Position numbers and translations under genes: made by a program | The notes under the pieces: model-generated | Told to the model about the DNA's origin: nothing | Seen by the model: only the letters and a program-made list of their open reading frames with translations | Database searches by the model: none | DNA from: a virus | Lineage: Duplodnaviria; Caudoviricetes | Length of the DNA: 64,000 bases | IMG/VR virus record: IMGVR_UViG_2932410948_000001 | Coordinates: 2,714 to 66,713 of that record | Direction: 5' to 3' (one strand) | Shown here: positions 34,171 to 44,577 of the stretch, piece by piece | Numbering within the stretch: the first letter of the stretch is position 1 | Layout of the letters: each line of letters opens with the position of its first letter

Positions 34171-37100
34171 TGGGAATACTCCACTTTTTTCGCCCAGGCA
34201 GATGCCTTGGCAGATTTATCAACACCAGCCACGACCGTCTTGGCAGCTTTGTCGTTCGATTCGACGGTGGCCTGGATGGCGGCGCCGGTCTGCTTGGCCT
34301 GATCGGCGCGCAAGCCCTTGATCTCGACTGTTTGGGCATCCAGTCTGGCGTTCAAGGCACGGATTTCAGAGACCAATGCGTCGGAACCAACATTCGAGCC
34401 AGCCGAATAGCGCATGGCGTCAAAAACTACGGGTGCCGGGGCGCTAGAAAAAGCGGCCGGCGGAGCAACGGCTGGCGCATTGGTAAATTCCACACCCAGC
34501 CCGCTCGCCATGCCCATCGCCGCATGCAGGTTGGCGATGGCTTGCGCCACCGTCAGCACGCTGTCGTTGATGGTGATCAGGCCTGACACCTGTGCCTTGA
34601 GGGCATCCAGGCTGGCCTGCTGCACATCGACCTGGGCTGAGGCCCATTTCAACGCCTCGTTGTTGGCCGCCACCACGCGGGCGTAATCTGCCGCGTAGCG
34701 GGCATCCGAAGCGTTGACCACTTGGGAAGCTGTCAGGAAGGCCTGCTCGGCGGCCGACAGGCCGGACTGCGCCGTCGTGTCACCGGCATTGGCCGCTGCC
34801 AGGGTTTTCTCGAACTGGGCGCGCGCCTCGGCATATTTCTGCTCCGGCGTCAGGACGGACTGATTGCTCAAGGCCATGCTGGCATTCAAGCCGTTGAGGG
34901 TGGCCACCCACGACTTCGATTTATCCAGCGCCGTCTGGGCCGCTGCCGCTTCAGTCTCATACGCCTTGGATAGCGCGTCCTTGGCCGTCACCACCGCCTT
35001 GGCCGCCTGCACCTGGTCGAACAGCGCACGATTGACGGCGGCGATGCTGGAGCGCTGGATAGCCAGCAGTTCCGTTTCACTTTTCGTCAATTCGTTCAGC
35101 TGCTTTTGCAGATCCATGCGCTCGCTGGCGATCTCGCTAGCAGTCTTGACCACAGCGGCATAATTGCCAGTCGCTGCGGCCAGCTGGCTGCTGTAGTCGG
35201 CGGCAGCCTTGAAGGCCGGCGCCAGAGCCAGCAGCTTGATGTACATCTCTTGGCCGCCCGTGCTGGCCAGGTCCAGGCCCAGCACCACGTCCTTGTACTG
35301 CTCCACCGATTTGACGCCAGACATGCCCAACTTGCCCAGCGTATCGGCCACGGTGGACAGCACGGGCGCCATCTGCTCGGCTTCCGTCAGGAAATTTTCG
35401 GCAAAGAAACTGGTCCCACTGGTGAGCGAGTCCAGGCTGCCAGCCAGCTTGATCAGGTTCTCGCGTGCGCCAATGGTGGCCACGCCAACCGCGCCGAAGG
35501 CATCCTGCGACGTGCGGCCGATCAGCTGCAAGGCCGCGTCGACGCCGGCGTAATTTCCCGCAACGCGCTGCAGGGTAACGCTCAGCTCCTCGTTGCCCTG
35601 CTTGAACTGGCCGACATTCGGCAGCAGCTCGACGGCGATGGCATTGCCGACGCCTTCGAAGAACTTGGTCACGGCGCCCAGCCTGTCAGCTTCCGTGGTG
35701 AGGCCGGTCAGATTGATATTCAGCGCCTGGGCGCGCGTGGCCAGGCTGGACGTATCGATGCCCAGCGTATTGGCCAAGGTGGCCGAGACGTTGCGAATGG
35801 CGGCATACGTCTCTACAAACGCGTTGGACGTCGTGGCGTCGACGGCTTTACGGTCCGTGTCTTTCTTGTCGCTGCGCAGCCAGCCGCCCTTTTGCGTCCA
35901 TTTGGCATATTCGGTACCACTGAACCCGGTACCGGACAGCGTGCCGGTAATGCCCGTTTCCCCGTACTTCTTCTCACCCATGCCGAATACACGATTTCCA
36001 AGACCTCCGATCAAGCCACCCAGCGCACCGCCAATGGCCGCGCCGATAGGCCCGCCCATAAATGCCCCGGCCACGGCACCAATGCCTGTGCCAGCGTTCA
36101 CGGTCGAGTTACTACCATACTGGCCAGAGATCAGTTTTCCGCCAAGCACTCCGGCGGCAATGCCAGCGGCCGCAGCAACCAGCGGCCCAGCTGCTGCGCC
36201 AGCCGTCAATGCCGAGCCAGTGCCGGCCATTCCAGCCGAGCCGTACGCAGCTGCAGCGGTGCTGGCCTGGGCTGCGGTCAGGCTCATTCCCGTACCGAAT
36301 GCAGATACCGCCGAGGAGCCAAAAAGATTGCCCAGGGTAGCGATGCTGCTGCCGAGGCCGGCGGCGACTCCGGAAAAACCTTGCGTGGCGATGGTGTAGG
36401 CAGTTTTGGCGCTTTGAGCCAGATTGGCAATACCACCTAAGCTGCCACCAGTGCCGCCACTCAGGCCAAGGCCCTCGGCCGATGCAAGGCCAGCTGCCCC
36501 GGTTCCGGACACCGACGCACCGATATTCAAGATCCATTTCTTGATCGTCATCTGGTACAGCAAGTCCAGCAGCCCGTTTTTCAGAGTGTCTCGCAGGCGG
36601 TCGAACGCCGATTTACCCGAATCGAAGATCGACACGAACGTATCGTGCGCGGTCGTGTCGATCGACTCCCACATTTTGCGGTTTGCTTCGATCTCGGGCT
36701 TGGCCAGCTGGTTGCTATACCAGATCGAATATTCTTCCTGCAGGCGTTTCTGTGCGTCGGTGCCGGCGCCGGCCAGGGCGATACGCTCCTGCCACATGGC
36801 GGCGTCGATTTTCAGCAGCGCGGCAGCGCGCGCTTTCTCGTCGAATTGCGATTCAGCGAAGAAGCGACGGTTCTCGTCTGCCAGCTGGGCGGCATAGCCC
36901 AGCGCCTTGGTCTGCGCCAGCGTCGCCTGCTCGACACGCGTGCGCGCGGCCGCCTCTTCCGTCAGGCGCTTGATCTGGTCCTCGGTGACCGCCTTGCCGA
37001 CCAATTTTTCCTGCAACAGGAATTTCTCCAGCGCGGTCTGCTCGCGCACTGCCACCATGGCCAACTCACGGGCATCGCTGGACTTGCCCATCATTTGGTA

Positions 37101-39395
37101 TTCCACCACCAGTGCCGCGGCGGAGTCCTGACGCGCCAGGGTGCTTTCCTGAATGTGCGTGGACACATCCTTTTCGGTAGCCCGGGCCTTGGCCACCTTT
37201 TCGACAGCCGCCAGCTCGTCCAGCGCTGCGTAGGTTGCCGTCAGATGCGCATCGGCCAGTTTAAGTTTATTGACCTTGCTTGCCTCGTCCAGCTTGATTC
37301 GCAGCTTCTGACTTTCGGTCGCATCGACGTCGGTGGCGTTCTCCTGGCGGCCCGCCTCAATCTTCTCGCGGATGCTCGCAATTAACGTGGAGTAGGCCTG
37401 CTCCTCTTTTTTGAGCCCGGCAGCAACACCCTTGTCAGCATATTTAGCCCTGACCAGTTTTTCCATTTCCGGAGGGATTTCTCCGAACTTCTTTTTCAGC
37501 TCATCGAGTTCGGCCGCCATTTTCTGAGCGGCGCTGCCGTTTTGTCCTAACCAGGTTTTGATATCCGCATCACGAGTAAATGCTTTATTTTTCGCTTGCA
37601 CAGTGTCAAAAATAGCCGCGTCAACATCCAGCTTATTGAGCTTACCCCCCCAAAGCGCCATCAATGCATTTTTAGCGGCACTATCTAAATCAGTTCTCTT
37701 GCCGATGGAGTTAATTTCAGCCAGAATTTTTTCGCGCTTCTTCTCATCGTCTGTGACCGGGGCAGCTCCAGTTGTCATTTTTTTACCGGCAAGTTCATTT
37801 CGCTCCTTGAGTTTCTCAATTTGCTTGTTCAAATTTGCCAAATACTCATCTATTTCTTCCGCGAGCGTTTCGGTTACAGCTTTTTCAGCCTCACTTCCCT
37901 TGTTGCCCCACAGCACCCACGCAGCAGCACCCACGCTAAGCAGCGTGGTAATAATCCCGATCGGCCCACCCAGGAAGCCCAGGGCCTTGGAGGCAATGCT
38001 TGCAGTGACTGCAGTTCGTCCAATTGCGCTATTCAAGCCATTTGTTGCGGCAGTGCGCGCACCAGTCGCTGCCGTATCCGCAGATGTGGCGGCCGTAACC
38101 GATGCCGTCGCAGTTGCCAACTGCGCTGACACCCGCCCCAGCGCAATGCTCGATGCGGTAAGTTCAGCCAGCGCTGCTACTCGCGCTTGTTCTGCCACGG
38201 CCAGGTCGAGCGTCGATGCACGCTGAACGCGCAAAGCAAAACTTAGCGCGCCGGCGGAAGATGCTGCTGCAATTGCTGCTTCGGCTGCGGCAATATTTGC
38301 CTTTGCCTGGTTGTATTGAGCGAACACCAATTCGCGCGCTGCGAGCAACGCCGACTTTTGCGCTACCAGGCCCGCCAGTGTCGCTTCAGCCTCGACCAAC
38401 TTGGCCGAGGTGGATGCAGATGTTGCGGTTGTACTGGCCACAAGAGCTTCGGCCTTAGAAATTAGCGCCGCACGCTCGACCACCAGCAACGCAGCTAATT
38501 CGGCATTTGAAGCGAAATAGGCCTGGACCGCTGCAACGCCCATGAAAAAATACCCGGCCATCTTCAAGGTCAACAAGCCCGCCGTGGCAGCAAACAAGAC
38601 GTTAATATTGCCGGAGAGCAACTTAATGCTTGTGGTTAGAATATTCACCGTGCCATTTGCTTGAGCTTTGATGGCCGTAAATTCCATGAATTCATTTTTC
38701 AACACAGTGAAAGCACCACCGATGGTGGCAACTTTTTTACCTTCCTCGCGCAGGGCTACAAGTGCGTTTGGCAAGACCTCTGCCATGATTTTGGAGGTAA
38801 TCTTTCCCTCGCCAGCCATGCCCTTCAGGGCGCCAATCGGCAGTCCCATGCCATCTGCCAGCGCTTTCATCAAGCGGGGAGCAGCTTCATTCACCGCATT
38901 GAACTCCTCGCCACGAAGCGTGCCAGATGCGAATGCTTGCGACAGTTGCAGCTGTGCCGATGCAGATTCTGTTGCCGTTGCACCGCTGACCTTCAAGGCC
39001 AAATTAACGGTCTCTGTGATTTCAGCTACCTGCTTTTGCGTGGTGCCCAGCTCCCTGGTTCCGTTTGCAATACGGGCATAAAGGGTGCCGGTGCCGTCCA
39101 ATGCTTGCTGTGAGCTGTTGGCAATTCGCTTCACGTCGGCATATGCCGCGTTGTATTCACGTTGAGATACCGTCGCCAGGCGCAACTGGGCTGTAAACTT
39201 AGCGTATTCATCACTCATTTTGACGATGCCAGCCAGGCCGGTGCCCAGGCCGATGGCGCCCAACGCGGCGCCGACCTTGTCACTGTACGTAGCGATATCC
39301 CGAAGAGACGATGTCGACTGTGTACGCAAGCGGTTGAATTCACGAATCGCCTGTGCGGAGTCTGCAGTAATGATGACGCGAGATTCATTTCCCAT
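34167..39395 (-). CDS. Tail tape measure protein (1742 aa)
   Basis: N-terminal tape-measure domain (QLSQAFASGTLRGEEFNAVNEAAPRL); long Ala-rich helices. Confidence 0.95.
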   Translation of the reverse strand: MGNESRVIITADSAQAIREFNRLRTQSTSSLRDIATYSDKVGAALGAIGLGTGLAGIVKMSDEYAKFTAQLRLATVSQREYNAAYADVKRIANSSQQALDGTGTLYARIANGTRELGTTQKQVAEITETVNLALKVSGATATESASAQLQLSQAFASGTLRGEEFNAVNEAAPRLMKALADGMGLPIGALKGMAGEGKITSKIMAEVLPNALVALREEGKKVATIGGAFTVLKNEFMEFTAIKAQANGTVNILTTSIKLLSGNINVLFAATAGLLTLKMAGYFFMGVAAVQAYFASNAELAALLVVERAALISKAEALVASTTATSASTSAKLVEAEATLAGLVAQKSALLAARELVFAQYNQAKANIAAAEAAIAAASSAGALSFALRVQRASTLDLAVAEQARVAALAELTASSIALGRVSAQLATATASVTAATSADTAATGARTAATNGLNSAIGRTAVTASIASKALGFLGGPIGIITTLLSVGAAAWVLWGNKGSEAEKAVTETLAEEIDEYLANLNKQIEKLKERNELAGKKMTTGAAPVTDDEKKREKILAEINSIGKRTDLDSAAKNALMALWGGKLNKLDVDAAIFDTVQAKNKAFTRDADIKTWLGQNGSAAQKMAAELDELKKKFGEIPPEMEKLVRAKYADKGVAAGLKKEEQAYSTLIASIREKIEAGRQENATDVDATESQKLRIKLDEASKVNKLKLADAHLTATYAALDELAAVEKVAKARATEKDVSTHIQESTLARQDSAAALVVEYQMMGKSSDARELAMVAVREQTALEKFLLQEKLVGKAVTEDQIKRLTEEAAARTRVEQATLAQTKALGYAAQLADENRRFFAESQFDEKARAAALLKIDAAMWQERIALAGAGTDAQKRLQEEYSIWYSNQLAKPEIEANRKMWESIDTTAHDTFVSIFDSGKSAFDRLRDTLKNGLLDLLYQMTIKKWILNIGASVSGTGAAGLASAEGLGLSGGTGGSLGGIANLAQSAKTAYTIATQGFSGVAAGLGSSIATLGNLFGSSAVSAFGTGMSLTAAQASTAAAAYGSAGMAGTGSALTAGAAAGPLVAAAAGIAAGVLGGKLISGQYGSNSTVNAGTGIGAVAGAFMGGPIGAAIGGALGGLIGGLGNRVFGMGEKKYGETGITGTLSGTGFSGTEYAKWTQKGGWLRSDKKDTDRKAVDATTSNAFVETYAAIRNVSATLANTLGIDTSSLATRAQALNINLTGLTTEADRLGAVTKFFEGVGNAIAVELLPNVGQFKQGNEELSVTLQRVAGNYAGVDAALQLIGRTSQDAFGAVGVATIGARENLIKLAGSLDSLTSGTSFFAENFLTEAEQMAPVLSTVADTLGKLGMSGVKSVEQYKDVVLGLDLASTGGQEMYIKLLALAPAFKAAADYSSQLAAATGNYAAVVKTASEIASERMDLQKQLNELTKSETELLAIQRSSIAAVNRALFDQVQAAKAVVTAKDALSKAYETEAAAAQTALDKSKSWVATLNGLNASMALSNQSVLTPEQKYAEARAQFEKTLAAANAGDTTAQSGLSAAEQAFLTASQVVNASDARYAADYARVVAANNEALKWASAQVDVQQASLDALKAQVSGLITINDSVLTVAQAIANLHAAMGMASGLGVEFTNAPAVAPPAAFSSAPAPVVFDAMRYSAGSNVGSDALVSEIRALNARLDAQTVEIKGLRADQAKQTGAAIQATVESNDKAAKTVVAGVDKSAKASAWAKKVEYSQ

Positions 39396-39756
39396 CGGTC
39401 TTTTCTCTCCAGGCGCTCAAGGTCGCCCGTTCCATACATTGAATTTCAAAAAACATACGCTCTTCATCACACCGCTTGACGCGGCTCTTACGCATGACGA
39501 CCTCTACACCTGGATAGGACAGCCCTGTCGGGCCGGCCATCCCCGTCATCCACTGCGTGCTCACGGCTTGAAACAAATTCCAGCTGGGTAGGTTTTCGGG
39601 CCATAAATAAAGCTCTTCGCAAACAGCAGCCGCGCGCTTTACCCGTAATCCAAAGGCAGCTGCTGCTGTATCGGTTGATTCCTGCTCCAGCTCTTGATCT
39701 TCGTCCGATACGACCAGGCCGAGCGCCACACAGCGCGCGACCTGACTTAGTTTTTT
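39385..39756 (-). CDS. Tail chaperone gpT-like segment (DUF1799-like), reached by -1 frameshift
   Basis: LWPENLPSWNLFQAVSTQW..G..G.TGL.Y motif; in the -1 frame relative to 39747..40094. Confidence 0.75.
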   Translation of the reverse strand, partial: KKLSQVARCVALGLVVSDEDQELEQESTDTAAAAFGLRVKRAAAVCEELYLWPENLPSWNLFQAVSTQWMTGMAGPTGLSYPGVEVVMRKSRVKRCDEERMFFEIQCMERATLSAWREKTDGK

Positions 39757-40094
39757 GCCTTGGCCCCGGCTTCTTTCATGTAGGCAGTGAAGCACAACAT
39801 ACCCATGCCGCTAATGCTGAGCAGGGCCGCCAGCGCGTCTTCGCAAAATTCGGCGGGTTTGTCGTCGTCTTCCAGCACCAGGCGCTGGTCGCGCCAACCC
39901 ATCGCCACGTCTGCGATAAACTCGTCAACTTGCGTCTCGCCACCGTTCAATGCACTTTTCAGCCCTGCGGTATCCAGGCGTTTGCAGATCAACGAGAATT
40001 TAAATGGGATCACGTTGCCGCTTTCGTTGGTGTGCGAACCAGCTACCGGGACTGCTACCGTATTGCCAACGACGATTTTGTATTGCTTTTTCAT
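39747..40094 (-). CDS. Tail assembly chaperone gpG-like
   Basis: Lies between the tail tube and tape measure; start MKKQYKIVVG. Confidence 0.75.
   Translation of the reverse strand: MKKQYKIVVGNTVAVPVAGSHTNESGNVIPFKFSLICKRLDTAGLKSALNGGETQVDEFIADVAMGWRDQRLVLEDDDKPAEFCEDALAALLSISGMGMLCFTAYMKEAGAKAKN
39750..39756 (-). promoter_or_regulatory. Programmed -1 frameshift site (A AAA AAC)
   Basis: gcA AAA AAC TAA; the -1 frame continues KLSQVARC... Confidence 0.75.
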
Positions 40095-40133
40095 TATTTT
40101 CTTTCTGAGGTTAGGGCACTCTGGCCCCAAGGT

Positions 40134-41105
40134 TTAGAAACTGGTGGCAATGCGGATTTCGTCGTTGCCAGCAATCGGGTTGACCAGCAGCTTGTAGCCG
40201 ATCATTCGCGCGCCGTTGAGGTCTTCTTTCGAGGGCTCAATGCGCTGCACACCTGGCATGAAGACGGCGACACGACTGCCGGCCACGGTGCCGTGAATCA
40301 TTCCCAGGCTGGTTTTGGCCGTGGCCAAGACTGCCGCCATGGCGGCCACTTCCTGTGCAGCTGTCAATTCCAGCTGCACCGCGCCAGTTACCTTGCGTTC
40401 GGTAATTGGTACGGATTCACCACCCAGTAGCGCCTGAAACGGTGAGGTGACGCCCAGATCGATCGTCAGCCCCTTACTCGGGTACGAATCGCCTCCGACC
40501 AGCGCTGGAGGTGTGGCGGTCGCATGCGTAGCCCCCCACATCAGCTTGCCGGAGTTGGCATCCAGTACGATCTCCGGAACTTGCCACTCTTCCAGGTCTG
40601 CCGTTGGCGCTGCAGCCACGCCAATGCCGCCGTACAGGCAAACGAACTTGCACGAGATGACTGGCTTTTCGCCAACGCTCAACTTCAGCGAAGCGGTACC
40701 GCGGGCACCCAAGCCTTTATGCAGCACGCCATCGTCGTACCAATAAATGGTGGCCGATTCGAAACCGGTCGAAATCGGGACATAGTCCACACGCACACCT
40801 GCTGTGATAACTTCGGCGAAACCACAGGCGCGCAGCAGCGGACCCCATGCGGGGGCGACACCCAATGTGCCGGCGCCGACCAGCTCGACATCGAAGCCCA
40901 TCTCGACATAGCGGCTGCCGACCAGCTGCTCATCACCGCCCAGAAATGGACGAATGTTGTTTCGGTCGACGTTTTGGGCGTTCAGCGGGTTGATGCTCAG
41001 CGTGCTGACCAGCATTGCGTTGGCCGCGCCAGTTGGCACTGCGTCGGCACCGTATACTGGCTCGATCTTGGCGAGGATCGCCGTATTGCGAATGAGGCGA
41101 GACAT
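40134..41105 (-). CDS. Major tail (tube) protein
   Basis: Position in the operon; ILAKIEPVYGADAVPTGAANA N-terminus typical of this tube family. Confidence 0.8.
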   Translation of the reverse strand: MSRLIRNTAILAKIEPVYGADAVPTGAANAMLVSTLSINPLNAQNVDRNNIRPFLGGDEQLVGSRYVEMGFDVELVGAGTLGVAPAWGPLLRACGFAEVITAGVRVDYVPISTGFESATIYWYDDGVLHKGLGARGTASLKLSVGEKPVISCKFVCLYGGIGVAAAPTADLEEWQVPEIVLDANSGKLMWGATHATATPPALVGGDSYPSKGLTIDLGVTSPFQALLGGESVPITERKVTGAVQLELTAAQEVAAMAAVLATAKTSLGMIHGTVAGSRVAVFMPGVQRIEPSKEDLNGARMIGYKLLVNPIAGNDEIRIATSF

Positions 41106-41108
41106 GGA

Positions 41109-41270
41109 TTACTCCTGGTTGGGTTGCGTGGCCGGGGCCGGGTTCTTGAAAAGCGAGCCGTCAGCAGGGTTGCGGGTGTAGCTGCCGCCCGCCTTTGGCT
41201 CAGCCTGGCGAATCGGCGCCGATGTATCTTTCACGGTCGCTGCGGCCGGCTTTTGTGAAACGACATTCAT
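41109..41270 (-). CDS. Small hypothetical virion-operon protein (53 aa)
   Basis: ATG 41270 to TAA 41109: MNVVSQKPAA...GGSYTRNPADGSL; below the ORF-track cutoff. Confidence 0.55.
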   Translation of the reverse strand: MNVVSQKPAAATVKDTSAPIRQAEPKAGGSYTRNPADGSLFKNPAPATQPNQE

Positions 41271-41710
41271 GTCAAAGTCCTTCCTTTGGTTTGATGCATC
41301 ACCAGAAATTTGGCGGTGATACAGGCTATTTTTGAATCAAGCTCGTCCACTTCCCACGACAACGTATCGCCTGGCAGCGGCTCGAACGACATGGCAGTAG
41401 CCCCCAGTGTCGGCGCCAGCGCCAGGCGGTCGAACACATCCACCAGCAGCGCATCGGCGACAGCGTCCGGCTCGCTGCCCGTGGCGCGCGCATAGCATTC
41501 GACGTTGACCAGCGTGGCCCAGGTGGTCGGGCCGCCAATGATCTGGGCCAGCGTGGAGGCGCTACGCTCTACCCGGACCACGATGGCGCTAACCTGGTCG
41601 ACACCAATGGCACGGGTGCGCGAGCGGTAGATACGTCCGTCCGCCAGCGCTGGTCCAATCCGCAGTTGCTCGAGGATGGCGCTGACGACGCTGAACTGCG
41701 CGCTATTCAT
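41267..41710 (-). CDS. Tail terminator / tail completion protein
   Basis: Size and position between head-tail joining gene and tube. Confidence 0.6.
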   Translation of the reverse strand: MNSAQFSVVSAILEQLRIGPALADGRIYRSRTRAIGVDQVSAIVVRVERSASTLAQIIGGPTTWATLVNVECYARATGSEPDAVADALLVDVFDRLALAPTLGATAMSFEPLPGDTLSWEVDELDSKIACITAKFLVMHQTKGRTLT

Positions 41711-42024
41711 GGACGCTCAAGGAATACCAGCGTGATGCCGGCCTGCTGCTCGCCATCAGGTCGGCGCTCGGCGACGCTCCAGGCCACAGGGGCGCTGGCG
41801 CCGATAGCGATCTGGATGGTGCTACCGGCGAAATCAGCCGGCACGTCGCTATTCATGATCTGCATTTGTGGTGTCGAAGCGCCCATCTGCGCAACACCAA
41901 CTGTGGCCGCTGAATATTCGTCATCGAAGACCACCGGCACCGTGTTGGCGCCGATGGTCGCCTTGGCGTTGGCCAGTTTTTTATGCGCTACGCAGTTCAT
42001 GCGCGCTTCGAGGATATCGAACAT
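41707..42024 (-). CDS. Head-tail joining protein (gpFII-like)
   Basis: ~105 aa beta-rich protein after DUF2190. Confidence 0.6.
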   Translation of the reverse strand: MFDILEARMNCVAHKKLANAKATIGANTVPVVFDDEYSAATVGVAQMGASTPQMQIMNSDVPADFAGSTIQIAIGASAPVAWSVAERRPDGEQQAGITLVFLERP

Positions 42025-42350
42025 CAGGCGTTGATCTTGATGTTTACAGTGCCGACGCCTGCCCCAGCTGGCGCCGTAGCGAAGCCCGCCAGAGTATTAC
42101 CGGCAGTGGTGGTGGTCAGGCGGCTGTTTGCTGCATCCCAATATAAAAGGTCACCCTGGTCGACAACGTCGGTACTCAGCTTAGAGACTTTAAATACGCC
42201 TTCGATGGTGATCGCGCCAGTTTCGGAGGCGGCGATATTGGCCAGGGCGATAGCGATGCGCTCGCCGATCACTACCACCGCACCAGACGCGACAGTGGCA
42301 GTGGCCGTGTAGCTCAGGACGTTACCTTCTTGAATATAGTTCTTGGCCAT
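42024..42350 (-). CDS. DUF2190 capsid-associated protein
   Basis: MAKNYIQEG...GVF...GD.LYWD...AG motif directly after the capsid gene. Confidence 0.85.
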   Translation of the reverse strand: MAKNYIQEGNVLSYTATATVASGAVVVIGERIAIALANIAASETGAITIEGVFKVSKLSTDVVDQGDLLYWDAANSRLTTTTAGNTLAGFATAPAGAGVGTVNIKINA

Positions 42351-42409
42351 GATGGCTCCTATGTCTTGGATCAGTGCGCCGTTGCAGCGGCGCACCAGGT
42401 ATGCGCGTT

Positions 42410-44479
42410 TTAGGCGCCCGGGTTCCTGGCCATGGTGCGGAAGTCGAGCGCCTTGACGCCCGCATCCATGCGCACCTTGAATTCGACGCCATCGACGTGC
42501 CAGCCGTTTTGCTGCTCAAGCGTCGGCGCTTCGTTGCCATCGAGATACTGGACTTCGATGCAGTCATGCTGGTCCTTGCTGGCCACGCCGTACCATGCGG
42601 TCGCGGAGTTCGCATCCAGGCGGGAGTCGGCCACGACGTCAAAGGTGCTGCGCACACTGTTGGGCACGGTGTTGTTCTTGTTGGCCGAGCCGACTTCAAA
42701 CTCACTCTCGCGCACCACGTTGGCCGTGCCGCGCAGCGCACGTGGAACGATCAGGGTTTTCATGTTGATGTTGAGAGTGGAGCCGGTGTCGTCTTTCTGC
42801 AGCCCCATGGCCACTTGCAGGGCATCGACCGTGGCGGTGGAAATGCCCGCGCCGGCCAGCAGGTTTTTATGGTCGGCATGGAACAGTGCAATGCCATCAG
42901 CCATGCGAGGGTTGCTGGTCAGGATGGCATAGACCAGATCGCCGATGGTGCGGATCGCGGCGCGGCCCATGCGTTTCGGGATCTTGGTGAAAGCGTCGAG
43001 GTCGTCGTTAATGATGGCCTGGCGCGTCAGCGAGAACATCTTGCCGTAGGTGGCCAGTTGCACTGATTCGCCGCGCTCGCCGATGTCGGCATAGGTATAT
43101 ACGGCGCCGTCCTGGATCTTCTCCAGTGCCGGAAAGGTGTTCAGGTCAACGCGCTTGCCGATCTTGAAGTCGCCCAGTGTCCCTTTGGAAGTCCACAGCT
43201 GGAAGGTTTCTTCCGCTTCTTCGTAGCCCTTCATCATGGCTTTTTCAGCGATATTACCCAGCAGCAGTGGGAAATCGCTGCCGGTGTGGGTAAAGGCCGC
43301 GGCCACCAGCTTCATTTTATCCATGCCCTTGGCATTGATGCCGGCCTGGTCCAGGCATGCGCGTGCGATGTCGAGCATGCTGTAGCTACGGAAATTGTTG
43401 CTGCGATCATCCTTGCCCAAGCTGGAGCGCGCCAGCACCGACGCTTCGACGCCGGTCCGGAATTTGTCGCGTTCGTCTTCGAGCGTGACGATGCGGCCGC
43501 CGCCCGCCGAACTGGCGCCAGCGCCCAAATGGGCCAGCAGTTTGGTGTTGGCCGCTTCCACCGTGCATTCGGTGTCATCGGCGCAGACGGCCGCCAAAGC
43601 GCTAACACCTTCAGTCGAGGCGAACTTGGCGAAAGCTGCGCTGATGGAGGTGCGACGGGTTTTGTCGGCTTCCAGCGCGGCAGCGGCGATCTGCTTGGCC
43701 GCAACAGCGGCAGCGGACGGCTCCACGGCTTGCGGATTAAGTGGTTGTGGCACGGCATTCTCCTTCGGGGTGATGGTGGGTTGTGGCGCGACAGATGCCG
43801 CAGGGCTTGCTGGCTGCGGGAAAGATGCATACCGCGCCTGAATGGATGGGTTGAGGCTGGCCGAAGCGGCCAGCGGCAAGGCAGCGATGGCGGCATCGGC
43901 GAATTTGGCGGTGATCGCTTCCTCCGCCGTGTACCAGTGATCTTTACCATCCTGCAGCAGGGCCAGGATTTCGGCCTTGTCGCCGCCTGTCTTGGCGATA
44001 TAGCTGGTGGCCATGGCTTCGGCGTAGCTGTCGAGCATATCGGCATCTTCGCGCAACGACGCGCTATTGCCGCCCGTGTACATCCACGGAGCATGAATCA
44101 TCAGCATGGCGTTGTCGGCCATCTCGACGGCATCGCCAGCCATCGCAATCAAGCTGGCGATGGAAGCGGCAATGCCGTCGATCACGGTGGTGACGGTGGC
44201 CGGGTGGCGCTTGAGGGCGTTGTAAATTGCCACACCGTCGGTCACGGAGCCGCCATAGCTATTGATGCGCACGGTCAATGCCGCGACGTCCAGCAAGCTC
44301 ACCTCGCGCACAAAGTCCTTGGCCGCGACGGTATCGCCATACCAGCTCTCGCCGATATCGCCATAAATGAGGATTTCGGCATTCGCTTGTGCATTAACGC
44401 CAGCGGCCGGGCGTGCTTGGGCGCGGATGGTGTACCACTTTTCTGGCGGTGCTGCTGTCGTCGCTTTTGGGCTTGGCAT
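42410..44479 (-). CDS. ClpP-type prohead protease - major capsid protein fusion
   Basis: YGDIGE, RINSYGGSV, AASIAS, MIHAP protease motifs followed by a capsid domain (ATYGKMFSLTRQAIINDDL); likely ATG at 44479. Confidence 0.92.
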   Translation of the reverse strand: MPSPKATTAAPPEKWYTIRAQARPAAGVNAQANAEILIYGDIGESWYGDTVAAKDFVREVSLLDVAALTVRINSYGGSVTDGVAIYNALKRHPATVTTVIDGIAASIASLIAMAGDAVEMADNAMLMIHAPWMYTGGNSASLREDADMLDSYAEAMATSYIAKTGGDKAEILALLQDGKDHWYTAEEAITAKFADAAIAALPLAASASLNPSIQARYASFPQPASPAASVAPQPTITPKENAVPQPLNPQAVEPSAAAVAAKQIAAAALEADKTRRTSISAAFAKFASTEGVSALAAVCADDTECTVEAANTKLLAHLGAGASSAGGGRIVTLEDERDKFRTGVEASVLARSSLGKDDRSNNFRSYSMLDIARACLDQAGINAKGMDKMKLVAAAFTHTGSDFPLLLGNIAEKAMMKGYEEAEETFQLWTSKGTLGDFKIGKRVDLNTFPALEKIQDGAVYTYADIGERGESVQLATYGKMFSLTRQAIINDDLDAFTKIPKRMGRAAIRTIGDLVYAILTSNPRMADGIALFHADHKNLLAGAGISTATVDALQVAMGLQKDDTGSTLNINMKTLIVPRALRGTANVVRESEFEVGSANKNNTVPNSVRSTFDVVADSRLDANSATAWYGVASKDQHDCIEVQYLDGNEAPTLEQQNGWHVDGVEFKVRMDAGVKALDFRTMARNPGA

Positions 44480-44504
44480 GGTGCGTTCCTTAGTCAATGC
44501 GCTC

Positions 44505-44548
44505 AGTGTGTTTGTTTGGGTGTCTCATTTCTAGGGAAAAATGAGACA
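44505..44548 (-). promoter_or_regulatory. Late promoter candidate 2 (dyad + -10) for the capsid/tail operon
   Basis: TGTCTCATTTCTAGGGAAAAATGAGACA at 44521-44548; CACACT 10 nt downstream on the minus strand. Confidence 0.7.
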
Positions 44549-44577
44549 CTATTTTTTGGAGGGTTGCTCATGGGCTA